From the NCBI GenBank assembly GCA_004764695.1, contig SMSO01000004.1:868001-932000 (forward strand): a DNA stretch of 64,000 nt, read 5' to 3'. Below, piece after piece: positions 11,160 to 22,587 of this stretch. A model generated the notes under the pieces. That model made no database searches. It had not been told where the DNA came from and saw only the letters and a program-made list of their open reading frames with translations. Made by a program: the position numbers and the translations under genes. The stretch's first letter is position 1. Every line of letters starts with the position of its first letter. The DNA comes from Schizochytrium sp. TIO01 (Eukaryota > Protista > Bigyra: Labyrinthulomycetes).

Positions 11160-11903
11160 ATGATGGGAAGGTCCTCGGCCCTGGGTCGCGTCCTGGTTTT
11201 TGGCGCAAACACTGATGTGGGCAAGACTGTAGTCACCTCAGGCGTAGTAAGGGCGGCCTGTGCAACTCTTGAAAGCGTATATTATGTGAAGCCATTGCAG
11301 ACTGGATCTGAGCACGGCCACTCCGACGAGCGGACTGTCCGGCGCACAGTTGGTACTGATCACCTGGAGAAGCTGCGAAGCGCTACCCTATACTCTTGGG
11401 CTCCCGCGGTGTCAGCACATGTGGCTGCAGAGTCAGGACCTGCCGTCACCAAGAATGGCATCATAGAGGCAATCCCGTCGGACGAAGAGGTCTGCGAGAG
11501 CATTTCTAAAGCACTTGAAGATCATGCAGATGCCAAGTTGTCACTTGTGGAGACTGCTGGTGGAGTTCTCTCACCGGGGCCATCTCGCACGCTGCAGGCG
11601 GATATGTATGCTGGACTTGGCCTCCCGGTGCTGCTCGTGGGTGATGGCCGCCTTGGAGGCATCTCAAGCACGCTGTGCGCCGTTGAGTCCTTGCAGAAGC
11701 GAGGTTTCAACCTTGCAGCTCTCGCGTTGATCGAAGATGAGTCTGGCAACTACGGAAATATTGAATTTTTGCAGAGATACCTTAGTGATACGACGTCACT
11801 CTTCGCGTTCAGTGGCCTGCCTCCTGAGCCTGAGCCACTCCAAGATTGGCACGAGAAGTCGCGCCCACAGTTTGATGCACTCGTTAAGCACCTTGTTCGC
11901 TAA
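11160..11903 (+). CDS. bioD: Dethiobiotin synthetase (BioD / BIO3-type), stand-alone
   Basis: P-loop GANTDVGKT, YVKPLQTG, VETAGGVLSP, LVGDGRLGGISSTL; first ATG at 11160. Confidence 0.92.
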   Translation: MMGRSSALGRVLVFGANTDVGKTVVTSGVVRAACATLESVYYVKPLQTGSEHGHSDERTVRRTVGTDHLEKLRSATLYSWAPAVSAHVAAESGPAVTKNGIIEAIPSDEEVCESISKALEDHADAKLSLVETAGGVLSPGPSRTLQADMYAGLGLPVLLVGDGRLGGISSTLCAVESLQKRGFNLAALALIEDESGNYGNIEFLQRYLSDTTSLFAFSGLPPEPEPLQDWHEKSRPQFDALVKHLVR

Positions 11904-12566
11904 CTTTGATGCAGTTTAGAGTCATACATTTTTTCTTTCGTTTCCGCTTTCGGGACCGAGGTTTATGCCATGAACCTCACTACATTAGCTAGTTGCAATA
12001 TCAAAGCAAAATTACAACATCACAAAATATACTCAATCTTCTAGAGGGGGTTAATGCAAAGCCAATCTTGTTCGAACAAGCTCATCAACTTTTATGGTTG
12101 CTCTATCTTCCTGTGGATTCATGGGTCTCTTCTCATGAAGCCTTGTTTCTTAATTAATACCCGCGTAGCTGACAAGTTAATCTTCTTGGTTCTATGTACC
12201 CCTACCTTGTCTGTTCCTCTTTCATTAGACTGCTGAAGGTTGAAGAAGTATTAAATTTAGTAAATCCTACCTATACCTTACATAAAGTTGGTATTTTAAA
12301 ATTTTATATGTAAAAAATTGTAGGGTCTACTCAGTGTGATTTCTGCTACGAGTATAAAACCCACTACGAGTAATATATCGCAGCAGGAAGGAGTGACGCA
12401 AAAAAACGTTAAGCAGTGAAAGCTTGCATGCGCATGCACGCTGCTAAATATGCTGGGCGTGGACTACCTAGCAAACGCATGGTAGAATAATTTGGACTGA
12501 ATAACATTGAAATTCGCATGCCCAGCATGCCGCACGGCTAGGTTCCTAGCGGGAATTGACGGAAAC

Positions 12567-15500
12567 CTAGTTCTCGAAGGCGACTTTGTACACGTCGTTG
12601 TACTCCTTGGCGAAGTGAAAGTCAATACCCTCACGCAAGTAGTCCGGTAGCTCATCAACATCCTTGCGGTTACCATCGGGCACCACGATTGTGGTGACTC
12701 CAGACCGGCGCGCGGCAATGACCTTTTCTTTGATACCACCGACCGGAAGGACACGTCCAATCAGACTGATCTCACCAGTCATAGCAAGATCAGTCTTCAC
12801 AGGCCGCTGCAAAGCAAGAGAGAGGAGAGCCGTTGTCATTGTCACACCAGCGGAAGGTCCATCCTTGGGGGTGGCACCCTCCGGTACGTGCAAGTGGATC
12901 TGGTTAGATTCAAAGAACTCGTTACCAGGGTCAACCTCCTGCAAGAAGAACTTTGCGTTAGTTTGAGCCAAGCGAACACTCTCTTGCATGACATCGCCGA
13001 GTTGGCCAGTTGAATGAACGCTAAATGGGCTGCCAAGACCACCAGAGGACTTAGGCGAAGCGGGCTCGGTGGACTCATTCTGCTCCTTCTTCTTGGGCTG
13101 GCGAATCGCCGTGCTCTCGATATAAAGAGCGCTGCCACCTACCGAAGACCATGCAAGGCCCATAACGACACCAGGAGGCGGGATGGAACCGTAAAGCTTG
13201 TCGCTCTGGAACTTGCGCTTTCCGACGTACTTCTCAAGATCCTTGTCATGAATAACCCAAGACTCACGAGGGGCAGGGGCGTCAGGCTTGCTTGCCTTGG
13301 CCTGTTCTTGAAGGAGCTCAAGAGAAACCTTACGGTAGATGCGTTCAATGTGCTGCTCAAGCTTACGAACACCAGACTCGCGGCAGTACCAGCGAGCAAG
13401 AGATTCGATAGCGGAGTCATCGAGACCGAGATCCTTGGGAACGGTGACAGACTTCACACGTGTAGGATTCTTCTTTAGATCCTCAGAGACCTCGCTGGGT
13501 TCATCAACTGTCTCAAAAACGGTCTCATCTTCTGGCAAAGCAAGACCAGAATCACGTCGGGCACGAGGTTCTAGGTAGCGCTTGGCAATCTGAACCTTCT
13601 CAGGAAGATCATAGCCAGAGAGTCGGAGAACTTCCATGCGGTCAAGAAGGGGACCCGGGATAGTGTCGAGCTCGTTAGCGGTGCAGACAAAGAGAACCTT
13701 GGAAAGATCGATGGGCACATCAAGATAATGATCCATGAACGCATTGTTCTGAGCAGGGTCCAAAAGCTCAAGCATAGCACTAGACGGATCTCCACGCATG
13801 CCACCTTGACCAAGCTTATCGATTTCATCAATCAACACAACAGGGTTCGAAACGCCAGCTGATTTGAGGCACTGCACAAGCTTACCGGGCATACTTCCAA
13901 TGTACGTACGGCGATGACCCTTGATCTCAGAGACATCGCTGAGACCACCAACAGAGAAGCGATAGAATTCGCGATCGAGAGCGTGTGCGATAGACTGACC
14001 AATTGACGTCTTACCAACACCGGGGGGACCAACAAGAAGGATAATCTTGCCTTGTACGGTGCCTCGAAGGTTACCAACGGCAATGAACTCGAGAATGCGT
14101 TCCTTGATATCCTTTAGACCAAAGTGATCAGCCTCGAGGATTTCCTCAGCACGAGTAATATCAAGGTTCTCTACAGAGTGACGACCCCATGGCATAGCCA
14201 TAAGCCAGTCAAGGTATGCACGGGTCACGTTGAACTCTGGGGAGGTCTTCTCGAGGGTGGAAAGCTTCTTCATCTCATCCGAGATAACCTTATCGGCTTC
14301 GGGAGGGAGGCCCTCATAGATGTACTGGCGCTGGGACTCCTTCTTATCCCCAGCTGCAGACGATTTTTTCGATGACTCGAAGTCTTCCTCAGTCTCAAGA
14401 CCCTTAAGCTTGCGGAGCTGCTTTTCGTACTTAGAAAGAAGTGCATCTTTGTCATCATGCTCGAGACCAAGCTCCTTCTTGATCTGCTTAAGCTGCTCAT
14501 TCAAGAAATACTTGCGCTGGTTTGCACTGATGGTTTCCTCGACCTGTCTGGAGATTTCCTGTTGCAGCTCGCCAAGTTGAACTTCCTTCTTAAGGAGGGA
14601 CAACACCTTTTTGAGACGGGTCTCCAGATTAAAGGCCTCGAGAACCTCCTGAAGTTCCTCAGCATCAGCAGAAGTGAGAGAAGCCGCAAAATTGCAAACG
14701 TTGTACGGATCAGACATATCAAAGCGAGTAGAGAAAAAGTGCAGATGTTCACGCATCAGAGGGTTAGCCTTGATTACGTCACGAAGCGTGCTAAGAACCT
14801 CGTTCGTGTAAGCACGGATTGTGTCACGGTCATAGCTTTCGACAGGAAACTCAGTGAGATGCTTGACCTTCACCAAGGGAGGCGGGCCCTCCTTGAGGAC
14901 CTCCTCCAATTGAATCTTGCGGTGAGCCTTCACCACAAGTGTCCATGACTCCTCTTTAGCATTGGCCACTGCCTCAGTTGGCGATGAAGACCGGGCGCGG
15001 TTGAGCTCATCCTCCTCAAAGAGAGCGTTGCGGAGGTTCTGCTTCCTGCGTTGCTGGATCGGGTCCTGAAATTCCATAGTGTTGTCATCACGCATGCCGT
15101 GTTCTCCAAAGGCATCAGATCCGTCCTGAGTTCCAGCTAAGAGCTCACGCATAGGCTCCATTTGCACAATCTGCGCAAATGTGCCTACTTTGTGAACCTC
15201 TTCCATGGTTGCAAAACTACTCATGCTTTCCTCGTCACCAGGATACTCACCCTTCATGCTGCTACCACCATTGTTGCGCAAAAACAGGCCAATGAACGGG
15301 TTCCCGCTAGCGCGGGTGCGCACAAGGGCTTCATAAACCTTACGATCTGTGATCTGAATTGGGTGCAAAAGACCAGGGAAGAGGGGTCTACGATCCAGAG
15401 GTAGGGCAAGGACCTGAGGCTGGCGAGGAGCCCCTTGAAGGTTAAGAACTGGCGTGATGGATGAATTTGAAGATGGTCCCGACCCACTGCTGTTTCCACC

Positions 15501-15863
15501 AGGAGGCGGAGGAGGCGGTGGCGTTGAGCCAGAAGAGTCTTGCGGGTTTTCAGGGTTTGCGCGAGATCCACCCTTGGAGTCGCCGTTGCCGCTTTCTTCA
15601 AACTTTTGTTTTTCGCCTTCAGCGACCTTTCCATTCGTGTTAGCATTGCTGCCATTGGACTCAGTCTTCGGTTGTCCATTGCCATCGACTTCGGCATCGG
15701 TTTTCTTTGCGGATCCTTCGTCTTTGGCTTTCTTATCCCACCACCATGAACTCAGAAGTCTAGGGTGAGCCTGCCCAGGCACAGCTATTCCTCCATTGCG
15801 AGATTCAAGACGCGACCCGAGACCAGCGACGCGCAAGCCTGTTCTACGAGCTGCCGAGAGCAT
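12567..15863 (-). CDS. LONP1: Mitochondrial Lon protease (LONP1/PIM1)
   Basis: Arg-rich presequence, LON N-domain (RRPLFPG), Walker A GPPGVGKT, Walker B LIDEIDK, catalytic PKDGPSAG and Lys in GGIKEK. Confidence 0.97.
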   Translation of the reverse strand: MLSAARRTGLRVAGLGSRLESRNGGIAVPGQAHPRLLSSWWWDKKAKDEGSAKKTDAEVDGNGQPKTESNGSNANTNGKVAEGEKQKFEESGNGDSKGGSRANPENPQDSSGSTPPPPPPPGGNSSGSGPSSNSSITPVLNLQGAPRQPQVLALPLDRRPLFPGLLHPIQITDRKVYEALVRTRASGNPFIGLFLRNNGGSSMKGEYPGDEESMSSFATMEEVHKVGTFAQIVQMEPMRELLAGTQDGSDAFGEHGMRDDNTMEFQDPIQQRRKQNLRNALFEEDELNRARSSSPTEAVANAKEESWTLVVKAHRKIQLEEVLKEGPPPLVKVKHLTEFPVESYDRDTIRAYTNEVLSTLRDVIKANPLMREHLHFFSTRFDMSDPYNVCNFAASLTSADAEELQEVLEAFNLETRLKKVLSLLKKEVQLGELQQEISRQVEETISANQRKYFLNEQLKQIKKELGLEHDDKDALLSKYEKQLRKLKGLETEEDFESSKKSSAAGDKKESQRQYIYEGLPPEADKVISDEMKKLSTLEKTSPEFNVTRAYLDWLMAMPWGRHSVENLDITRAEEILEADHFGLKDIKERILEFIAVGNLRGTVQGKIILLVGPPGVGKTSIGQSIAHALDREFYRFSVGGLSDVSEIKGHRRTYIGSMPGKLVQCLKSAGVSNPVVLIDEIDKLGQGGMRGDPSSAMLELLDPAQNNAFMDHYLDVPIDLSKVLFVCTANELDTIPGPLLDRMEVLRLSGYDLPEKVQIAKRYLEPRARRDSGLALPEDETVFETVDEPSEVSEDLKKNPTRVKSVTVPKDLGLDDSAIESLARWYCRESGVRKLEQHIERIYRKVSLELLQEQAKASKPDAPAPRESWVIHDKDLEKYVGKRKFQSDKLYGSIPPPGVVMGLAWSSVGGSALYIESTAIRQPKKKEQNESTEPASPKSSGGLGSPFSVHSTGQLGDVMQESVRLAQTNAKFFLQEVDPGNEFFESNQIHLHVPEGATPKDGPSAGVTMTTALLSLALQRPVKTDLAMTGEISLIGRVLPVGGIKEKVIAARRSGVTTIVVPDGNRKDVDELPDYLREGIDFHFAKEYNDVYKVAFEN

Positions 15864-16764
15864 TATTTAGGTCCAAATCTAACCCTCCTATTGATCGTGA
15901 TTTCCACTGTGGCAAGGCCAAACGATGGAGCTGTTAAATGCACAGGTATCGCAAACACCAGCAAATCAAAGGGTGATCCTGATCTTCTTACAGTCTGTTC
16001 TTGAGAATTGAACTCTCTCAAAAGGAGCCTTGGCAGAGAAGAAGAAATTCGAAGCTGTCTGTCCGGGTTCGGGTCTGGCAATTCGTGCCACCAAGAACCC
16101 GATTTCGAGACGTATCGTACGAGCTTGATCCACGGCCTCTCCGCAAGCTAGGGTCCACTCCCAAGCCAGAGTAAAGATCGATCGATCTCGTATCGACGAT
16201 CTCTACGTAAAGATGCACTACCTACTCTGTCTGTATGACCGAATGAACCTTAAAAGGCGATGCGCCAATGCGGCTCCGAGCCGCGCCGGAAGCGTCAGAA
16301 GAGCTAGATTTGACCACAGCGACACACAAGCAGCCGCTGATCGCTCGCCGGCACTTCGCCAGTGCCGCCGTGCCTCAAAACGCGCTGCCTAGAGCCGCGC
16401 AGAGCGGGTTTGCTGCTTGCTTGCTTGCTCGCCCGCAAGTACGCGAGCAAGCAATCAATATTAATTCAACTACTATGGATAGTTACTACTATGCCTTGCT
16501 CTACTATAAAGCCCTTTGTGCCGCCGCACTCTATGCACTATCTACAAATACGCTACTTTGCGCAAACTATACGCTATTGACATCAGCTCTCACAAATGAG
16601 TTATACGGAGAGTGCTTCTCAGGGTCTGCTTTTCTTCTTCGAGAACTTCACAGAGAACAGTGTTCCAGAAGTTCCCCCCTTGCTTTTGAAGGGAGCGGAG
16701 TCCTCTCTATAGTGCCTCCTATGATAAAGCATAGGGTTCCTTGTTCCCTTATTTCCCAATCGCT

Positions 16765-16788
16765 CTTTCTTTCTTTCTTTCTTTCTTT

Positions 16789-16820
<32 letters not shown>

Positions 16821-16826
16821 TTCTTT
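16765..16826. repeat. (CTTT)n microsatellite
   Basis: Seen directly. Confidence 0.95.
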
Positions 16827-17239
16827 CAAGTTGTTGGTTTATTTGTAGAAAGTAGAACGTACCTATAATCTTTTGGGACGGCGTGTTTGGGATTAGTTCT
16901 CAATTTGCGACTTCGAGGGTCCTTTTGCGAATGCCGGGTTCGTGGATACTTGCTGTCGTTGTTGGACCCGAGGCCGCTGGGCAGTAGCGGTCTTTGCCTC
17001 CGCTGCTAGTCTGGTCCTTCTGCGAGTTGGTCGCTGCCTGCTTCGTAATCGCCGCAGAGAACGCAGCGGATTCGTTCAATCTCCAATGCCCTCTGCGATG
17101 GCGGCGGTAGGAACCGCCAGAACGGGTTCCTGAGGGTTTGCCGCTGCTCGCAAGCACTGCGCTCGGGCGTGATAGTCTGCCGGTTCCCATCCCCGGTTTC
17201 CTCGAGCGAGAGCTCTGGATAAGCTCTGGAGAGTGATGA

Positions 17240-17358
17240 GTTGTTGTTGTTGTCGTTGTTGTTTCTGTTGTTTCTGTTGTCGTTGTTGTTGTCGTTGTTG
17301 TTTCTGTTGTTTCTGTTGTCGTTGTTGTCGTTGTTGTCGTTGTTGTCGTTGTTGTTGA
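17240..17358. repeat. Compound (GTT/GTC/TCT)n microsatellite
   Basis: Seen directly. Confidence 0.95.
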
Positions 17359-17462
17359 TGTTTTGGTCCTGGAGTTTGCTTGTGTTTTCTTGCTCTTCGT
17401 ATCTATATTCACCGCTCCTATATATGTATGAATGCGTTATGGCAAATGTGCTTATCTATTAT

Positions 17463-17607
17463 TGTTTGTTTGTTTGTTTGTTTCACTTTGTTTGTTTGTT
17501 TCACTTTGTTTGTTTCAATTTGTATGTTTCAATTTGTTTGTTTGTTTGTTTGTTTGTTTGTTTGTTTGTTTGTTTGTTTGTTTGTTTGTTTGTTTGTTTG
17601 TTTGTTT
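17463..17607. repeat. (GTTT)n microsatellite with interrupted units
   Basis: Seen directly. Confidence 0.95.
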
Positions 17608-18839
17608 ATTACCCATTGCGTGAATCCTGTAAAATGGCAATCTATCCGCAGGACAACATCTTCGTGGCGACGTTCTGGGTGGCACGAGTTTTCTTGCTCT
17701 GACTAGCGTTGCGTGTGCTTGCAGAGAGTTTGCTTCTTCATTTGCTCGGACTCGGAGTCGAGGATGGGCATGACAGCGGGAGAGTTCTGCGGAAACTCCG
17801 AACTGGGACGTATTCATATTTCATTACATCGACTTGTGCTATGGTACACCTTCGATGCTCTCTCCGTCGTGGGAAGCGACGACCTCCGCACGAGGCGAAG
17901 ATGACCCGTGTCACCTAGGATTGGATACGCTCCCGATGTGAGTGGAATTCTGCTCTCTGCGGAAGTGAAGTTATTGCCAACCCATCGCAAGGGTCAGCAA
18001 CCAACTTCGATCGAACTCCACAGGTATTGAACTCCACTCAGGCTCTCCAAGGCGGTTTCGCGGCTTGCTGTACTTTCTCATTTAGCAGCAGCAGCGCAGC
18101 AATGGCCTGCAGACTCGCCTTTCCCAAGTTCCTTCCTCTCTGTGTGAATATCCAATTCAGAGATGATTCATTCAGACGTTGAGCTATACTAATAAGTGGA
18201 AATAACTTCGGCTCACAAAAAACTAAACTAAACTTGATCACATGGGAGTGAACCGAGGCCGCCTCCCTCCTGCGCAGCAACTCCTAAGCAATGTGCGAAC
18301 CTCGCTGATGATCTTGCTCGCTACCTTGAAGACTTTGGAGGTGTGCGCAGGTAGATGAAGTAGCTCATTAAAAATTATAATAATGGTCAAAGTACAAATA
18401 GATAGCATTGAGAAAGCTGACTTGCTATTGTTCTGAGGGAAAAGCAAGCATAGCTGCGCATTCATTGCAGATTGGGAAGAGGCCGCCATCAAACTACGAA
18501 ACAAATAAGCTATTGGGATGAAGCACAACACTCGTGCGACTTTCCAAATTGATCGCAAGTTCACAACAACAATTTATTGATCCTTAGTTTTCCCTAGGAA
18601 AACGTATTACTAGTAGAATGCACAATCCCCAAGACCCTGTATCCATCATTACAAGAACTCCTGAATTCGTGCGAGTGTGTGGCAAACCTGCTTCACCGTG
18701 GTCCCTACGCCTGTGTCCAAACACCGTTGACCCACGCGAAGCGGAAGTCCTTCCAAGCTAGAGGTAGCGTGCGAAGCCACCGAGACAGTACCAACATTCT
18801 TGAAGTGAGCAAGCTTTCTTGATTGCATACTTCCTGAGC

Positions 18840-19697
18840 ATGCTGACTGCGACTCAGCTGACGAAGCGTACAAACCGCTTTCTCCGGCAAGGAGCGATGC
18901 GAGCAATGTCCACAGGCGCCACGGAGCATATGGGCGCCAACTTCCGCTCAACCATGCCCAACGAAAGGCTCTCCAGCAAGTTCATTGTCACATGTGAGCA
19001 TGCTATGACCAACCTCCCACCTGAAAAATCCTGGGGCAAAGCAGATCTTGCTCGAGATCTTCCTTCGTTACACTGGGCATCTGACCCTGGCGCTCTTGAG
19101 CTTGCCGAAGAATTAGCAGATGCAATTCGGGCCCCTCTGATTCATTCTTTGTACAGTCGACTCTTTGTTGATGTGAACCGACCCGTATCCTCATCAACGC
19201 TTGCACGTTTGCTAGCAGATGGCCAGCCCGTTGAGCTCAACGACGATGTCAAGGTTTCCAAAGATGTTCTTGTGGAGCGTATCATGAAGTACTACTTGCC
19301 TTACCATGGCGAGATCGAGCGAATTGCTTCGCAGGTATTGGCACAAACGGCTATCTCAGTTCACACGTTCACACCAAATTATGAAGGTCAAGTGCGTGAA
19401 ATGGAGGTTGGTGTGCTGTACTCCACGTCAAACAAAATGCTTGTTGAGCGCATGACGGCAGACCTCAACAACAAGGGATTTTCCGCCAAGATTAATGAGC
19501 CATGGAGCGGTCTACATGGATTTATGCACTCTGTGGACTGCTTTACTTACAACGCTCCTTCCCCAGGTGCCCGCAATGCAATTATGTTCGAAATTCGCAA
19601 CGACGTGTGCCAGGACCCGGAATGGCGAGCAAGATTCATAGAAGCTATTCTTCCCTTTTTTCCGGAGCAAGGTTTTGAGCCCGAAGCAAAGCTCTAG
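18840..19697 (+). CDS. N-formylglutamate amidohydrolase family protein with probable mitochondrial presequence
   Basis: VTCEHA, DPGA, SRLFVDVNRP, YYLPYH, SVHTFTP, NEPWSG and FEIRND match the FGase family. The N-terminus MLTATQLTKRTNRFLRQGAMRAMST is basic with no acidic residues. Confidence 0.88.
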   Translation: MLTATQLTKRTNRFLRQGAMRAMSTGATEHMGANFRSTMPNERLSSKFIVTCEHAMTNLPPEKSWGKADLARDLPSLHWASDPGALELAEELADAIRAPLIHSLYSRLFVDVNRPVSSSTLARLLADGQPVELNDDVKVSKDVLVERIMKYYLPYHGEIERIASQVLAQTAISVHTFTPNYEGQVREMEVGVLYSTSNKMLVERMTADLNNKGFSAKINEPWSGLHGFMHSVDCFTYNAPSPGARNAIMFEIRNDVCQDPEWRARFIEAILPFFPEQGFEPEAKL

Positions 19698-21487
19698 ACG
19701 CTTTGCGCAAGTCATCTCGACACAAATATCTTCGCCGAATCATGTTAGAGAATGGATTCTCCGAGGGTGATTGCTCAGACAAGGGTCTCCCATCAAAATC
19801 ATGGTGTGTAAAGATCCCACGCCCTTGCGCAAGAATGAAACAATAATCGTCCCATAAGTGGGCGCTGAAGTTAATTGCGCTTTCAATTCTCCTCGTCCAA
19901 TCCGCCTCGGCCACTGGCGCAACATATTTCTTTTGTATCCAAGAACAACAAAAAATGCAACAGCCCCTCAAATTAGATGAAAAGCAACAAAGAAAGATCC
20001 ATGAAAAGAATTTTTGAACGTGTTCATCACGTTTTTTTCACACACCAGTTTTATTAAATACTTGTCTCGCTGTGAGTTTCTACCGCTCATTCCACCATGA
20101 ACACTTCAATTTCAGATTGGAGTAGAGAAAAACAGATTGTCTCTATTCCTTCTGCAAAGAACTTACTTTGTATAATGCTGGTTTAAGAAGAAATGGGTTG
20201 TTTGACCAGCCACTATGAGTTGAATACGAACAAAACCACTGATCCCAGATGGTCTTGCCTTTGTGGCAAGACCAAACAGGACGCTCATCTGTGCTTTCAG
20301 CCCAATATGTGCTTGGATCAATCAACCAATGGACGCTTTCCAAAGCGCTATGGTTAGATATGTAGGGTGTCTCTATGTGAAAAATATCTTTCTCATGGGT
20401 TTTCCAGACAGAAGGGTAAAATGGTTCTCCAGGAACCAGTCTATGACGCAACTTCACAATGTCGGCTTTTCCCGAGCGTAAGAGCACCTGTGCTTCGCGC
20501 AACGTTTGCACAGCCTGACCTGTACCTTCCATTGAATTTACCTGAAAATCCTCTTCAATGAAAAGAACGTGCTCTACGTTTGCTTGTAAAGCAATGTTGA
20601 CGAGGCGATTGAGTGCAGGTCCAATATTTAGTTGGGAGCGAGATCCCAACACTTGAAAATTAAGTTCTTGTGGGAGAAGATCGACTCGGGCATCTCGAGC
20701 CATGTGGTGAGGTATAGTGCCATAAATTTGATCAGGACTGTTTTGCCAATTTTGAAGAAACACATAGCGATGCGTTGCCATGGAAAGCAAACCGCTACTA
20801 GCCCAAGAAGCAGCTGCCTTCTGAAACGAGGCACCACCTCTACTTACTAAGACAATTATTGCTAGCCCTTGCGGTGAAGGGAGCGATGGATCTCTATCGC
20901 GTCTACTCTCTGATTCTAGATCTTGCAGCATCTCCTCCCGCTTTTGCTTAGAGCAAGCCTCAAAGTTTGCATTTTGCCGAATGGTTGGAAGCTCGGTTGT
21001 GACCTGTATCCAGCGGAGTACCCCAGAGCTTTGGCGATGACGCGCCCAAACTACAAGGGCGTGTTCTCCATAGGGAAGATTACGAAAAGTTATTACACGA
21101 GCATCTCTTGCAGGTAAGCAATGGACTTCTGGTCCATCGAACTGCACGGAGATTATTTGTGCGCAAACCTCCTCGTCACTGTTTAAACTAGTGACATCAA
21201 GTTCAAAACTACTCGTAGGAAGCACGAAAGAATCGTCCTTGCTCTTCTCCAAAAACCTAAGCCGAGGACCAATCCCCCGGTTTTAGGCTTTCGAGGGCCT
21301 CTTGGGCTCCCAAAACCTTGCAGGCACTAGAGAGCGGCTCAGAATCTTTGCCAGTTGCGCTGTCAAGCGAATATCCATCGAAGCAGGTTTTTTCCAATGA
21401 TCCTAACGGCGCAGAGGACGTCTTCTCGCAGAGCGTTGTAAGGACAGCTGCGAACAGCGTGAAGCTTACGGTTGTATTAACACGCAT
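19645..21487 (-). CDS. Putative secretory-pathway GT-A-fold glycosyltransferase-like protein; one +1 frame break near 21257-21285 and one intron (20166-19930)
   Basis: Signal-peptide-like start MRVNTTVSFTLFAAVLTTL; HVLFIEEDF (DxD-like), WSNNPF, and in the last exon GIFTHHD. A GTAAGT donor at 20166 and a CTAAT/pyrimidine tract/AAG acceptor at 19930 join in phase 0. Confidence 0.6.
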
Positions 21488-21765
21488 CCGGGGTTTTATC
21501 AAGTAGACTTGAAGTTATGAGTAGCAAACCAAAGCCTTGAGTTGCAAGGGCATGAATGAGATCTAATTTTAATTTAAACAAAAAGTGTTACCTCCAGTCA
21601 TGATTGACCCTTGAAAATGGGCTTTACATCATGTAAAGAGAGGAAATAGACTGTGTTCAAGTGAAGTGGACAAGAAAGTGCGATGGACTGAGTGATATTT
21701 CTACATAAAAGTAATCGATGGTCATTTCTACAATAATCAGGCGCATAGTTGATTTGGTTATACTA

Positions 21766-22587
21766 TTATACTTGAATGATCCCACTTTTGATGTTGTTTA
21801 TGTCACTGGAAGCAGTGAGATCATCGTCGTCTCCCTGAAAGGTCTCTTCTTCGTCACTTCGACAGCAGCGGAAAAAAGCGGCTAGAATGGCCACTATAGC
21901 TGCGAGCACAGATGCAGCAAATCCAATACCGACGCCGAACTGATCCTGGGAAACGATTAGAACGTATGGATTAACACCGTCGCTAACATTTGCAGTTGAG
22001 TTTTGCACAAGAATACCAGCTTGACCTGATCGCAAAGCACTGTAGTAATCCCAGGACAATGCAACAGAGAACTGCGCAATTAAGAGAGCCGCAGAAATCA
22101 GATAAAGTACTGCAGAAAATTTTTTAGTGCCAATGGATGGTTTTGAAGCTGTGAGGCACGTTACAAAAAGACTCCCACTGAGACAGATAATGGCAACGGA
22201 GCCCAAAGCAATGACTGCAGACGCAGATGCAGGAGTTTGGAAATGCCCTTCTTCTCCAGAGCAAAATCCATAAGCACCAAAGCTCTTGTAAGCATCTACG
22301 GGGACAGAGCTTATCACAGGTAATGACGCAGAACAAGCTTCGTCTCCCACGCCGCCCATGGTAAGGCGCATTGAATTTGAAATAACAGTGTTACCAAATG
22401 CTGACGACTCTTCGTAGAGCGATATCCAAATTGGAGACGTGTGCAACGAAACGACGTCAGGTTCGAAGGAGACACTGTCTTTAAGAAGCCAGGAGGCCCA
22501 GATCCATTTAGCAGAAAATAAGGCACACACTGCAAGGATCCAAGAGAATAGCCCGCAAGCAGAGCTTACAGCACGTCCATTTAGCAT
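21766..22587 (-). CDS. Four-TM claudin/PMP22-like membrane protein, paralog 1
   Basis: TM1 ending in a Trp, a large extracellular loop with two Cys (SPIW..ACS..FGAYGFC), three more TMs and an acidic tail. Confidence 0.75.
   Translation of the reverse strand: MLNGRAVSSACGLFSWILAVCALFSAKWIWASWLLKDSVSFEPDVVSLHTSPIWISLYEESSAFGNTVISNSMRLTMGGVGDEACSASLPVISSVPVDAYKSFGAYGFCSGEEGHFQTPASASAVIALGSVAIICLSGSLFVTCLTASKPSIGTKKFSAVLYLISAALLIAQFSVALSWDYYSALRSGQAGILVQNSTANVSDGVNPYVLIVSQDQFGVGIGFAASVLAAIVAILAAFFRCCRSDEEETFQGDDDDLTASSDINNIKSGIIQV

Noticed and set aside
12664-15768. Antisense ORFs inside Lon (likewise inside ABCB, TRP and POLE2)
   Set aside because: Shadow ORFs expected from codon bias of the real genes.
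16268-17817. ORFs with poly-Thr, LFVC, LSFF or KQTN runs
   Set aside because: They are translations of stop-free microsatellites and show no domain signal.
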